In this document: piece after piece, positions 7,498 through 17,105 of the stretch | Layout: each line of letters starts with the position of its first letter | Numbering within the stretch: the first letter of the stretch is position 1 | Source of the DNA: Candidatus Bathyarchaeota archaeon | Lineage (GTDB): Archaea > Thermoproteota > Bathyarchaeia > TCS64 | Assembly: GCA_043826455.1 (NCBI GenBank) | Contig: JBDRQD010000048.1 | Coordinates: forward strand, 1-64,000 | Reading direction: 5' to 3' | Length of the DNA: 64,000 nt | Made by a program: the position numbers and the translations under genes | Notes under the pieces: generated by a model | What the model saw: the letters and a program-made list of their open reading frames with translations, nothing else | Databases searched by the model: none | What the model was told of the DNA's origin: nothing

Positions 7498-9693
7498 ATG
7501 AGTAAAAGGAAAAAAGAAGAAAAAACCATAACAATACACATCGACCTAACGGAAAAACCTGAAAGATGGCCCAAAATCGCGGCGTATCTAACGACACGAA
7601 CAGGTAGACTGTTAACCAGACAGGAGTTCAGACCAGACAAGGAAGGCAGAACCGGCGAAGCCAAGCTCAGCGTCGAAGAAGACCAGAAAACCTATATACT
7701 GAAGATAGGGCCCGACATCGACGACCCCAACCGCCTAGAAAGGTACCGGCCCTACGTAAAAACCCTCGAAAAGGCAGAGGAAGCCACCATAGAGATACCC
7801 AAGGAGATCTGGATCTGCTGGCTGAAAACCCCCTACCTGGTGACGGGCACAGTCAAGAAAGTATTACCCGGCAAACAAGCACCCATCTGCGTCGGAGAGG
7901 TCGAGATCTTCGACGTAGACATGAGACACTGCATCCTGAGACTGCCTGACCTCGTAATCGAGAGGATACGTGACGGCATCATAGACATCATCGTAGACCC
8001 GCCGCCGATAGACCCACGCATCATATGGAGGGATAAGGATCTCACTTGGTGGGGGCCCGATGACGACGACTGGTGCGGCACGGGGCCCAAGCCACCCTTC
8101 CCACCCAAAGCCGTAGACGTCCAGAAAAGGCTCCAGGCACTGCCCAAGGAGTGGAGCTTCGCCGTCGAACGCCATCAACGTCTAACCGACGCGAAGACCA
8201 GGGCCAACATGAAACTCCAGACCATGCCCCTGCATGAGAGAAACACCTTCCTCACCTCGATGGCGGTGGAGGGGGTAACCACCTCACAGGTACTCTACTC
8301 CAACACCAAACAGTTCCGCGATCTACTGATCAACAAACTGTTCTACTTCAAGTACTGGATATGCTGGTGGCCATGGATCTTCTGGTTATGGTGGCCCTAC
8401 TGCGGATACAGCCTTGAGTCTCTAGGCAAGGCCACACTCAACCCCGACGGCAGCTTCACTAAAACTGTCTGGCTCTCGGTCTGCAGACACGACAAACCTG
8501 ATCTCTGGTTCACGGTCAAGCAGACCATCGACGGCGTCGAGAGGGTGATCTACGCGAGGTACCCGGTCCCATGCAACACCTACTGGAACCACCCAAGCGG
8601 AGACCCCGTGGACTTGTTGGTGTCGCATCCCTTGGCGGAGACCTGCGTCGAATACATACCGGGTACCCCCGACCCCTACGTGATGCCCATGGGCGTCTAT
8701 GAGGACGAGTGGTACCAAGTACAGGACGCCCACATCAAGGCCCACTGCGACCCATCGACCCCACTTCCCCCAGCCTGCGGCCTCTACGGTGGGACAGACC
8801 CCTATGGGACGAGGCTCGACCTCCGGATGCAGTTCCACGACGCCATGTACGGCCACTACTACAGGTGGAGCATTAGACGCCACGGCGAGACCAGTTGGAC
8901 CCCATTGAATACACCCATAACCCATAGACACGTCGCTTGGAGCTCCGGGAAATGGGTGATCGTGGCTGACAACCTTGGACCCATGAACGTGGGCTCTGAG
9001 ACGGGCCTCTACAAGGTCCCCGACCCAAGCAAGGCCTGGCTTTCAAACAGAGACGACCTAGCCTACGCCGTATGGTACACGGCGGTCTGGGACGGCAGCC
9101 AGTACCTGAAACAGGTGAGTGACGGCAAGTACGATTTGCAGCTGGAGATATTCAACGCCAGCGGGAACAAGGTGACGCCGTCGGCGGCAGGGTTCAAGTA
9201 CATACTGCCGACCGCTGTCTTGGGCGATGTAGACGATGCCTTGTACGTGGAAGCGGGCGGAGAACTCATCATGCACTTACATGTTGATAATAGGGACACG
9301 GTGGCCGAGATATCGTCCGTGTCTTTGAATGGTGTAGCAGCTGGTGAGTGCCAGTTCCTGGAGTATAAGCATAAGGACACGGACACCGTGGAGATCGAGT
9401 ACGTTGCCTACCACCCTGCGACTCCGGAGAACTTCCTCAGCCACTACGTTTTATCGGTTACGCGTGGTATCTCTGGTACCTTGGTTCAATCCATTACGAG
9501 CAGTACTCCTGAGAGGACCCCGACACAGGCCGTCTACACCGTCGACGACCTGCTGGGGTCTTACGACCAGTGTGCCTTCAGCGTGTGGCTGCACACTTAT
9601 CCGCGGACACGTGATGGCCATAGCAGGATCAGGGAGTACGAGGACTCTGATAGGTCCTCCTTCGCGTTAACGAAAAACAAGGGCCCACCATAG
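7498..9693 (+). CDS. Large hypothetical protein (731 aa), Trp/Cys/Pro-rich, beta-rich C-terminus
   Basis: Long ORF, GAGGTGA SD just upstream, T-rich tract after the stop; no motif recognised. Confidence 0.8.
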   Translation: MSKRKKEEKTITIHIDLTEKPERWPKIAAYLTTRTGRLLTRQEFRPDKEGRTGEAKLSVEEDQKTYILKIGPDIDDPNRLERYRPYVKTLEKAEEATIEIPKEIWICWLKTPYLVTGTVKKVLPGKQAPICVGEVEIFDVDMRHCILRLPDLVIERIRDGIIDIIVDPPPIDPRIIWRDKDLTWWGPDDDDWCGTGPKPPFPPKAVDVQKRLQALPKEWSFAVERHQRLTDAKTRANMKLQTMPLHERNTFLTSMAVEGVTTSQVLYSNTKQFRDLLINKLFYFKYWICWWPWIFWLWWPYCGYSLESLGKATLNPDGSFTKTVWLSVCRHDKPDLWFTVKQTIDGVERVIYARYPVPCNTYWNHPSGDPVDLLVSHPLAETCVEYIPGTPDPYVMPMGVYEDEWYQVQDAHIKAHCDPSTPLPPACGLYGGTDPYGTRLDLRMQFHDAMYGHYYRWSIRRHGETSWTPLNTPITHRHVAWSSGKWVIVADNLGPMNVGSETGLYKVPDPSKAWLSNRDDLAYAVWYTAVWDGSQYLKQVSDGKYDLQLEIFNASGNKVTPSAAGFKYILPTAVLGDVDDALYVEAGGELIMHLHVDNRDTVAEISSVSLNGVAAGECQFLEYKHKDTDTVEIEYVAYHPATPENFLSHYVLSVTRGISGTLVQSITSSTPERTPTQAVYTVDDLLGSYDQCAFSVWLHTYPRTRDGHSRIREYEDSDRSSFALTKNKGPP

Positions 9694-9911
9694 AAGCATA
9701 CCATTTTTCCCCTTTTTTTAAAAAACTGCTGCCAGTGACTTGGTCTCCAATTATCTTGGCAGATTAATAATTGCTCGCGCGTGCATGCATATGTCAACTC
9801 CATGAATTTAGCTACAGGCCGTTAAAGTAGAGTCTAGAGTCTCTAGCTATTCGGGCGCATTTATTATTCGGGAAACAAATGTTAACTACAGTAAAATGCG
9901 GGGATTAGACC

Positions 9912-10349
9912 CTGAGCTCAATTGATGAAGAAGATATTACCAGCAAACTTACAGGCAACACCCTCAGGGCGTACTGGGCTATACTTAACGCCAAAGATGG
10001 ATTAATTGGTGTTAGAGAACTCCAGAGACGACTCGGTTTCTCAAGCCCAGCGTTAGCAGCATATCACCTAAACAAACTGGTTGACTATAAGCTAGTAATC
10101 AACGATAGAGGTGACTACCGACTCATTAGAGAGGTCAGGGTGGGCGTCCTAAAACAATACATCAAACTAGGCACATTCCTGCTTCCAAGATACATCCTGT
10201 ATGCCACCATGTTCACAACTCTATTACTTTTTCTTTTAACCAAAATGACTGAGACGACGTTTTACAGCGTCTACGCCCTCATGTTATCGATTCTTAGCAC
10301 CGCTGTTGCCTGGTATGAGACCATCAGAGTCTGGAGACAGAAACCGTAA
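9912..10349 (+). CDS. Membrane-anchored winged-HTH transcriptional regulator
   Basis: The frame of track ORF 10140-10349 is open upstream to CTG at 9912 (in-frame TAG at 9906): ...GNTLRAYW...IGVRELQRRLGFSSPALAAYHLNKL... followed by two TM segments. Confidence 0.75.
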   Translation: MSSIDEEDITSKLTGNTLRAYWAILNAKDGLIGVRELQRRLGFSSPALAAYHLNKLVDYKLVINDRGDYRLIREVRVGVLKQYIKLGTFLLPRYILYATMFTTLLLFLLTKMTETTFYSVYALMLSILSTAVAWYETIRVWRQKP

Positions 10350-10352
10350 CCA

Positions 10353-10372
10353 CTGTTCAACGACTTGAACAG
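10353..10372. promoter_or_regulatory. Palindromic operator CTGTTCAA-N4-TTGAACAG
   Basis: Perfect 8-bp inverted repeat plus an extra TGTTCAA half-site at 10375-10381, upstream of the 10440 gene. Confidence 0.5.
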
Positions 10373-10439
10373 AGTGTTCAAATGCATTTGATTATATTGC
10401 CCCCAGGGTTCATCAAGTGCGGTCATAAGGAGAACAAAA

Positions 10440-11027
10440 ATGGCTTACGACAAAAAAAAGGTAATGACGTATGGAGCCGCCGGTATAATCATCGCAGCAG
10501 CCATGGTAACAGTGTTTCTACCTGTTCAGGAACAAACTACACTCGTTTCCTACGTATCACTTGAACAGATACCGGGTTACGGACTCCAGTACATCAAAAT
10601 ATCTGAGGAGCAGGCAGACCTGACGCATCTACACCTAACCATTGAAAAAGTTGAGGTTCAGCTGTCAACCGGTGAATGGGTACAGGTCTCAGGTGGAGCA
10701 ACAAGCTGGGACCTCGTCAAAGAAATCCATAAAACATTTGCCATGAACATTGGGGTTCTTTCTCCGGGAAATTACTCAAGAATAAGGTTCGTTGTCGCAC
10801 AAGGTTTGGAGTACAGCAACGCGACTCTAAGTAATAACGTGACGACACGTGTGAATGCGCCTTATTCTTTTGAGTTAGATGTGCCTGAATTCACCGTGGA
10901 AACAGGCGCAGATGAGTTGACTCTATCCTTGAGCCTCGGACCGGGAGTATCATCTAACCAGATGTTGCCCCAGTATCACATAGCGATTATGACGGTCAGG
11001 CTTCAAGCAGAGGTATCACATCCATGA
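10440..11027 (+). CDS. DUF4382-like membrane-anchored beta-sandwich protein
   Basis: N-terminal TM helix; LHLTIEKVEV, DLV and GNYSRIRF segments resembling DUF4382. Confidence 0.55.
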   Translation: MAYDKKKVMTYGAAGIIIAAAMVTVFLPVQEQTTLVSYVSLEQIPGYGLQYIKISEEQADLTHLHLTIEKVEVQLSTGEWVQVSGGATSWDLVKEIHKTFAMNIGVLSPGNYSRIRFVVAQGLEYSNATLSNNVTTRVNAPYSFELDVPEFTVETGADELTLSLSLGPGVSSNQMLPQYHIAIMTVRLQAEVSHP

Positions 11028-11133
11028 TAACGAAAACTCGCTTGGTCCGGGCGTTCAACCTGAACCAGGATAATGTTAGGAAGAAAACAAACAATCATCT
11101 TTTGAAAAAAAGGTTCAGGGGGGATATGAAATA

Positions 11134-11307
11134 ATGGATTTTAGAGGACAGGCGATCTTCAGTGTCTGGGCTGGAACAGTAGCTCTTTCCGCTCTCTTTC
11201 TTCACTACGAGGTCATTGGAGAAGTTATCATGCTACTTTGGTTGACTGTAATCGGGTTAACCGTATGGTTGGCTAAGCTTAATCCTGAAGTGCGCTCAGT
11301 TGAGTAG
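11134..11307 (+). CDS. Small 2-TM membrane protein (57 aa)
   Basis: MDFRGQAIFSVWAGTVALSALFLHYEVIGEVIMLLWLTVIGLTVWLAKLNPEVRSVE*; below the track length cutoff. Confidence 0.45.
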   Translation: MDFRGQAIFSVWAGTVALSALFLHYEVIGEVIMLLWLTVIGLTVWLAKLNPEVRSVE

Positions 11308-11379
11308 CCGGGGAGATATTTGAACTACCGACCTTGGGGTTATGAGCTCCACGGGCTAACCTGGCCGCCCCACCCCACC
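11305..11379 (-). pseudogene. Degenerate initiator tRNA-Met(CAT)
   Basis: Reverse complement GGTGGGGTGGGGCGGCCAGGTTAGCCCGTGGAGCTCATAACCCCAAGGTCGGTAGTTCAAATATCTCCCCGGCTA. D-stem and CTCATAA loop intact; mismatches in the acceptor, anticodon and T stems. Confidence 0.75.
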
Positions 11380-11425
11380 CATCTTCAAGAAACTCTAAAA
11401 GAAATATGAAAAATTCAGTGCTAGG

Positions 11426-11731
11426 CTAAACCTTCTCCAGCTTGAAAACTACAGGCCTCATACCGTCCGTACAGCACACAACCCACGTCCCAGGCGACAC
11501 ACTCCACGGGTAATCGCCATACAGCATCACCTTCACATGAGGCAGTATATGATCCCAAGCCCATTGACAGAAACATTCAGGCATTGATGCGCCCTTTTCC
11601 ACTATGAACTCCTGTCCAACCTTGTGTATATCACAGGGACCAAAACCTTCTGGCACCGCCACAGGTGGCTCAGGGAACACCTCCTCGGGTTTAAACACCT
11701 TCAACACGGTGATCTTCAGTCTAGGATCCAT
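11426..11731 (-). CDS. TIGR04076-family protein
   Basis: C..HKVGQEF, FCQWAW and CCTDGMRPVVFKLE motifs. Confidence 0.8.
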   Translation of the reverse strand: MDPRLKITVLKVFKPEEVFPEPPVAVPEGFGPCDIHKVGQEFIVEKGASMPECFCQWAWDHILPHVKVMLYGDYPWSVSPGTWVVCCTDGMRPVVFKLEKV

Positions 11732-11833
11732 GAACCATCTGCATCTCTGTCTCTTATGAAATCATCCAGCAACGCATCCATATATTCAAGTACTCTATAC
11801 TTCGTGCCAACACAGTGAGGTGACGCAGATAGC

Positions 11834-11904
11834 TGGTAGCGGGGGTAGATTTGAACTGCCGGCCTCTGGATCGTGCAACGTATAGCTCATTTACAGTTCA
11901 TGAG
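11834..11904 (-). pseudogene. 3' fragment of a tRNA (Met-like, possibly with intron remnant)
   Basis: Reverse complement ends ...TCCAGAGGCCGGCAGTTCAAATCTACCCCCGCTACCA (T-loop, acceptor strand, CCA); CTCAT lies ~30 nt upstream; no 5' half. Confidence 0.65.
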
Positions 11905-11915
11905 GCACTTTTGGA

Positions 11916-12086
11916 TTATCCCCTCTGGATCTGCACCTTTCTACCGATGAAAGCCAGTCCAAAGAGGATTAATGCGATAGCTAAGTATATCTGCCAGATC
12001 CCTGCCTCCACGGACCCGGGCAGCGCCCCCATGAAGTCGAGGGGCTCCATTTGATTGAGTGGCCCGATATACCAGAGCAGGGTATA
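11916..12086 (-). repeat. Direct-repeat copy of the ABC permease 3' end (15486-15656)
   Basis: 171-bp alignment at offset 3570; 11947-12086 has one visible mismatch; reading frame and TAA stop preserved. Confidence 0.95.
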
Positions 12087-12098
12087 AAGAAGGGTATC

Positions 12099-12869
12099 TT
12101 ATTCTACTGTCAGCCTTACTTTCCTGCTGTCCAAGAACTGGTTCTCGTTAACGGCGTATAACGTTATTTCTGGTTCTCCAGGTTCTTTGGAAGTGTAAAA
12201 GACTATACCATCCTCGATGTATAATTCGCCGCGATCCACGAAGAATTTGTACCACAATCGCCTGTCAAGTGGGTCTCTTGCATCAACTCGGAGGCTTACC
12301 CGTTGAGCGATCTTGATCTTCAACGACTTCGGTGTGAACACCTCGATCTTGGGAAGGACCCCCACTTCAGCCACTTCCGGCCTCGACGTGAACAGGTCAT
12401 CTATGTAATTGGCGAATTTTATCACAGATACCTCCTGGGCTCCCACGCTGGTTGTCCGTATTATCATGTTCCCACGTGTGAACAGAAGGGATCCAACAGC
12501 TTCGCTGTGGCCCACGAAGGCGAGGTCACCAACGGTGATATCTCTCTCAGACGCCTCGGTTAACACGGGTGCTTGATAGCTCTCCAGCAGCCTCAACAGC
12601 GATGATTGGGCCTTGTGCCAGGACCCGGCCTCGATGACGTCAACCCGGACCAGTTCTTCCTCTTCGCTGAGGGCATTCTCCCAGACGTATGACCGGAATT
12701 CTGCGTCTTCCGCCAGTGGTACTGGTATCTGTTTTACTAGTTTCCAATCCGGGAACTCGTTCCCGGCGAGGAAGTAGCCATGGATCAACATCTGCTTGCT
12801 GAACTCCGCTTTTCCTAGGATGTCTTTCATCCAGACAGTGAGCCTAGACGCGCTTTTGTCCCCCATCAT
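12099..12869 (-). CDS. Hypothetical protein with probable C-terminal Ig-like domain
   Basis: 256-aa ORF, ATGA-coupled to the 12866-14074 gene; C-terminal DARDPL...ITLYAVN pattern. Confidence 0.7.
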   Translation of the reverse strand: MMGDKSASRLTVWMKDILGKAEFSKQMLIHGYFLAGNEFPDWKLVKQIPVPLAEDAEFRSYVWENALSEEEELVRVDVIEAGSWHKAQSSLLRLLESYQAPVLTEASERDITVGDLAFVGHSEAVGSLLFTRGNMIIRTTSVGAQEVSVIKFANYIDDLFTSRPEVAEVGVLPKIEVFTPKSLKIKIAQRVSLRVDARDPLDRRLWYKFFVDRGELYIEDGIVFYTSKEPGEPEITLYAVNENQFLDSRKVRLTVE

Positions 12870-14074
12870 ATCACCACCCTCCTCTGCTTCGTCGATGGAG
12901 CGGGGTCACACTTTGGGCAGCCGTTTGGATCGTTCGTGGTCAACCTTCTGCGGTAGTTCAACGGCCCTGTGCAATCGCCAAACTTCATGTTCACCGGTAA
13001 CAACGCCGTGTGGGGGGCCCCGTTGTAGGGATCGCTGTCCCCGTCAACCTTCAAGCATGCGTCGAATACCTCGTCGTCGACGCCGCAGGCCCCCTTCCAC
13101 GCCACCTCGTGGTAGCTGAACCCCCCTCCGAATGGCGCCTCCCAGTGGTTGAACCCGATGCTGATCAACTCGTTGAGGGCGAAGCTCCACTGCATACGTG
13201 ACTGCCAGAGGTCGCATCCAAGTATGTTTGAGAAGGTGGAGGTGATGGTGGCGCAATCCGTGCAGTTGACCTTCTCGCCTAAGCCGGGTCCCCCCTTGAT
13301 CCTGTCGAGGAACTCGGTGCACTTGAAGTCCCCCACGGAATAGAACGTCGCCCCCCAAGATGTATCGTATTTTATCCTTGAGGGACCGAGGTTGTTCACG
13401 TTCTCGGTCACCTTAGAAGCTGCGCTGTCTCTATCCTTTGCGGTCATGGCCCATGTGCAGGCGTAGTACATTACCTCGGTCCAAGGAAGCTGATCGTTCG
13501 AAGAGGAGTAGGGCTGCTGCTGCCATGGATCGTTCGGTTCCTCGAGCAACACGTATATCTGGTGCGTCGTTGTATCAAAGTCCTTCCACGAGCCTCCTGG
13601 AGGCCGGTACTGCCACCTCCACTTCGTGACCCTGACACCGACCCCATAGTTACCGATTCTAGTGTTCTTCAGTTCAAACGATACAAAACCTGAGTCTCCG
13701 CTAGCAAAGTTCACCGAACGTTCCTTGACGTCTCCTAACACGTTCCCGAAGAAGGCCTTGTATACGGCGATAATGAATGCTATTAGCCAGCCTATGCATC
13801 CCTTGGGCTCAGAGGGCACTGTGATGGCGTCAATGGCTCTAATCTCGGCAGTTTCGATATCGCTTGCAAGGAATCTAGCTTGAATCGTCACGGTGTTCCC
13901 CTGGGTCTCTTTTATAACGTAGGCTGCCTCAGAGTCCGTTGGCAGATGGCAGATCCCCCTCTGCCACTCGGGGACATCGATGAACTCCGTCTTATTTTTA
14001 CGTATGTTTAACGCGTCGGATGTATGAGACGTTGGATCGTGGTTGAATTTAATAGCTAGAATTTCAACGCTCAT
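12866..14074 (-). CDS. Hypothetical protein with putative transglutaminase/papain-like Cys-His-Asp core
   Basis: VNCTDCA...FSYHEVAW...VFDAC in the order and local spacing expected for that fold. Confidence 0.55.
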   Translation of the reverse strand: MSVEILAIKFNHDPTSHTSDALNIRKNKTEFIDVPEWQRGICHLPTDSEAAYVIKETQGNTVTIQARFLASDIETAEIRAIDAITVPSEPKGCIGWLIAFIIAVYKAFFGNVLGDVKERSVNFASGDSGFVSFELKNTRIGNYGVGVRVTKWRWQYRPPGGSWKDFDTTTHQIYVLLEEPNDPWQQQPYSSSNDQLPWTEVMYYACTWAMTAKDRDSAASKVTENVNNLGPSRIKYDTSWGATFYSVGDFKCTEFLDRIKGGPGLGEKVNCTDCATITSTFSNILGCDLWQSRMQWSFALNELISIGFNHWEAPFGGGFSYHEVAWKGACGVDDEVFDACLKVDGDSDPYNGAPHTALLPVNMKFGDCTGPLNYRRRLTTNDPNGCPKCDPAPSTKQRRVVI

Positions 14075-14159
14075 AGTTTAATATATCTTCAAGTTTTATT
14101 TAACGATTATATTCAAATCATGATTTCATTATATCTGCGTAGGCAGGAGGTATGGGCCG

Positions 14160-14414
14160 ATGGAAATTTCTGGTCGTGAAACGGCATCCAAGAAAAATTT
14201 AGGCTTGTCAAACAGGCTAGCTATCATGTTCATTCGAGTGTACCAGAAAGTCACTGAGAACTGGTGTCACGCTTGCCTGTACCATCCATCCTGCTCAGAG
14301 TATTCGATTCTGGCGTATCAGAAATATTCCTTCTGGGAGGCGTCAGTCCTAACATGTCGAAGATTGCTGGATTGCCACCCCTTCTCAGACAGACCGCGCA
14401 TCGATTATCCATAG
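14160..14414 (+). CDS. yidD: YidD / membrane protein insertion efficiency factor-like
   Basis: IRVYQ...CLYHPSCSEY...RRLLDCHPF signature. Confidence 0.8.
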   Translation: MEISGRETASKKNLGLSNRLAIMFIRVYQKVTENWCHACLYHPSCSEYSILAYQKYSFWEASVLTCRRLLDCHPFSDRPRIDYP

Positions 14415-14649
14415 CAAGATGCTGCGAATAGCCTTTAACGTGTTTTACTTGGTGATCCTGATGTCGTCCACGACGTAGTCTGATCCGAAGGCCTCGGTTA
14501 TCGTGACTCACATAACATCAACCATTTGGGATCAAAGAGGTGTCGCTGGATGCCTCCTCAGCCCCTGCAGTAAGCCGCGGCTGTCCCTGCGTGTATCAAA
14601 ACCATTATGAATCTTGTAGAGAAATGTCTCCACGAGGGGATGAGGGAAG

Positions 14650-15060
14650 GTGGCGGGTACGCTGCTCGTCAGGGACGTGATGACGAGGGACGTGAAGGTC
14701 GTTGACCCGGACGCCAGCGTGGCCGAGGTCGCGGCCGCCATGAATAGGTTCGGCGTAGGCTCAGTAATAGTCGTGGCGGGCGGCGAGCCGGTGGGCGTGG
14801 TATCCGAGCGCGACATCCTCAGGAGGGTAGTGGAGCCCTGCCTCCCGCCGGAGGCCACGGCGGCGAGGCAGATCATGTCCAGCCCGGTCGTGTCGATCCA
14901 CGAATCGGCGACCCTGGGCGAAGCGGTGAGGCTCATGGCTGAGAAGCGGGTCAGGAAGGTGCCCGTCGTGATGGAGGGGCGGCTGGTGGGCATAGTGACC
15001 TACACGGACGTCGTTTCGGAGGCGCTGGCCATGGTTTCTTTGCTGGGAGAGCTTGTTTGA
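14650..15060 (+). CDS. CBS-pair domain protein
   Basis: VRDVMT...VGVVSERDI...IMSSPV...LVGIVTYTD. Confidence 0.9.
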   Translation: MAGTLLVRDVMTRDVKVVDPDASVAEVAAAMNRFGVGSVIVVAGGEPVGVVSERDILRRVVEPCLPPEATAARQIMSSPVVSIHESATLGEAVRLMAEKRVRKVPVVMEGRLVGIVTYTDVVSEALAMVSLLGELV

Positions 15061-15485
15061 CTCGGGTTTCATTGCTGAAACACTTGGCGTGACAGAGGGT
15101 TCCACGAAAACCGGGCGTGGAAATCACCATATGTAGAGTCTTCAAATACCAACTAAAGTAGGATGAAATACACGGTTGCTTTATTTTGCTCTGAAACTGG
15201 TTCAGAATACTAAACATGATAGGAATAAGGAGAACCCCAAGACCGTGTGGCTCGACATGGGTTCCTTATTTTTGTTCAGGATCGCGGGTCTGAGACGGTG
15301 TAGGCACCTCTAGACCAGGGGCACCTCTCTCGTCGATGCTCAGACCGAGGAACAAAGCCCAACCTAGATTCTACGCAAATGATTGAGGGAAAGGATGGTG
15401 ACTGGGGGAGGTGTAGATATGAACAACAGACATCGGGTCACGCAATATAAAGCATCATCACATGTCAAACGGTCACTTTGAGGGG

Positions 15486-17105
15486 TTATCCCCTACTGAT
15501 CTGCCATTTTCTACCTATGAAAGCCAGTCCAAAGAGGATTAATGCGATAGCTAAGTAGATCTGCCAGATCCCTGCCTCCACGGACCCGGGCAGCGCCCCC
15601 ATGAAGTCGAGGGGCTCCATTTGATTGAGTGGCCCGATATACCAGAGCAGGGTATAGATGAACTCAAACGATTTGCTGGAGCCCGTCCATACTCCCAGAC
15701 AGAGCGCCAACGAGGGAATAAACAAGGCTCCTACACCCCAAGCGAGCACTCCAAGCCATTCGCCGTGTAGCGCCATGTTCAGTGCGACCCCGCAACCAGT
15801 CACCACAGCCAGAAGCACCCCGGACAACCACACCGCCGGAAGCTGGCGGCTGAGGGGTTTCGCAGAAGAGAAGACTAGTTGATCCGTCCGGTGGCGAGCC
15901 TCGCGAGTTCCCAGCTTCGACCACACCAGCACCGGTAAGAACCAGGCGAGAGGTAGCATTATCCCCCGGGCCGTGTCGATGGGGAGGAGCAGACCCGCGA
16001 TGATCAACGCGCCGGCGGCCGCTGATCCCCACACCCCAAATAGAGGCAGCTCTCTCAGCTCCTTCAACATCAACCGGCACTCGGCGAGAAGCAACGGCCC
16101 AAAGCGAAACTGAAGCGCATCCACACCAAGAGGTCTCAACTGGACTTCCTTGAGGGGGACGACCATGGACTCGATAGCCTCCTCCACACTCAGGGCTTCC
16201 GACGGGGGAGGCTCTGGGATCTTCTTGGATTCACGGGAGGGATCAAACCGGCTGAAGCGCATTGAAGCGAGCAGGGAGATCCCCACCGCGACTCCCACCA
16301 GAACCAGGCGGCTCTGAATGACCGCGGGCGTCCAATTGACGCCGTGCCAGGTAAACGGGGCCAGCGCCCTGTCTTGAGTGAAGCCCCACTCCAACCCCAA
16401 TATGGATTGATTCTGATCCAACTCGGGATACATCGCCTGGCCCGCGGCGCCCATGCTCGACAGAATCCCCATAATCCCAAACATGTCAAAGAGCTCCGAG
16501 AAGAGGGGGAGGCCGAACAGCCACACGAATGCATAGACGATGTTCCCGGCCCCACCGCGCAGCATGGGCCTCGTCTCAAACAGGACGGCGACGGCCGCCA
16601 CCAGGAACATAAGGGGCAACACGAGCACCAGGAAAGGGGCCGAGAGGACCCACAGGTCAATTGCGAGGACCTCCCCCCTGACGAGCTGCATCCCCAGGGC
16701 TGTCAGAAGGACGATGGCGACCATCGTCGAGAGGACGGCGAAATTGCAGAGGGCATTCCCCAACGTGTAAACCATGTTACTCAGCGGAGTGGTCGCGATG
16801 ATCTGCCCGACCCCCGTCTGTTCGTCACGCTTGACGGAGTCGTTGACGACGTAGAACCCCAGCAGGGTCAGGAACGCCCCCGTCAGCATGGCGACCATGG
16901 CGCCGACCCAAGCACTGTTATAGACGCCTCTATAGAGGGTGGTGGCTGAGACCCACGCCAGAGTCACGTAGTCGGCGTCTGACGGGGGCACGAAGCCGTA
17001 TCCCGCGACGATGGTGAGAGCCAGGATTATCAGGAAGCGATATGTGCGGACCTTGTTCAGATAACCTGCCCGCATGATGGCGTAGAGCACATGTAACGTG
17101 TTCAT
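15486..17105 (-). CDS. ABC-2-type transporter permease
   Basis: Multi-TM 539-aa protein, ATGA-coupled to the ABC ATPase. Confidence 0.8.
   Translation of the reverse strand: MNTLHVLYAIMRAGYLNKVRTYRFLIILALTIVAGYGFVPPSDADYVTLAWVSATTLYRGVYNSAWVGAMVAMLTGAFLTLLGFYVVNDSVKRDEQTGVGQIIATTPLSNMVYTLGNALCNFAVLSTMVAIVLLTALGMQLVRGEVLAIDLWVLSAPFLVLVLPLMFLVAAVAVLFETRPMLRGGAGNIVYAFVWLFGLPLFSELFDMFGIMGILSSMGAAGQAMYPELDQNQSILGLEWGFTQDRALAPFTWHGVNWTPAVIQSRLVLVGVAVGISLLASMRFSRFDPSRESKKIPEPPPSEALSVEEAIESMVVPLKEVQLRPLGVDALQFRFGPLLLAECRLMLKELRELPLFGVWGSAAAGALIIAGLLLPIDTARGIMLPLAWFLPVLVWSKLGTREARHRTDQLVFSSAKPLSRQLPAVWLSGVLLAVVTGCGVALNMALHGEWLGVLAWGVGALFIPSLALCLGVWTGSSKSFEFIYTLLWYIGPLNQMEPLDFMGALPGSVEAGIWQIYLAIALILFGLAFIGRKWQISRG

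Noticed and set aside
15224..15270. Imperfect inverted repeat AATAAGG-GAACCC...GGGTTC-CTTATT as IS/MITE end
   Set aside because: No transposase, target duplication or second copy; at most a terminator-like hairpin.
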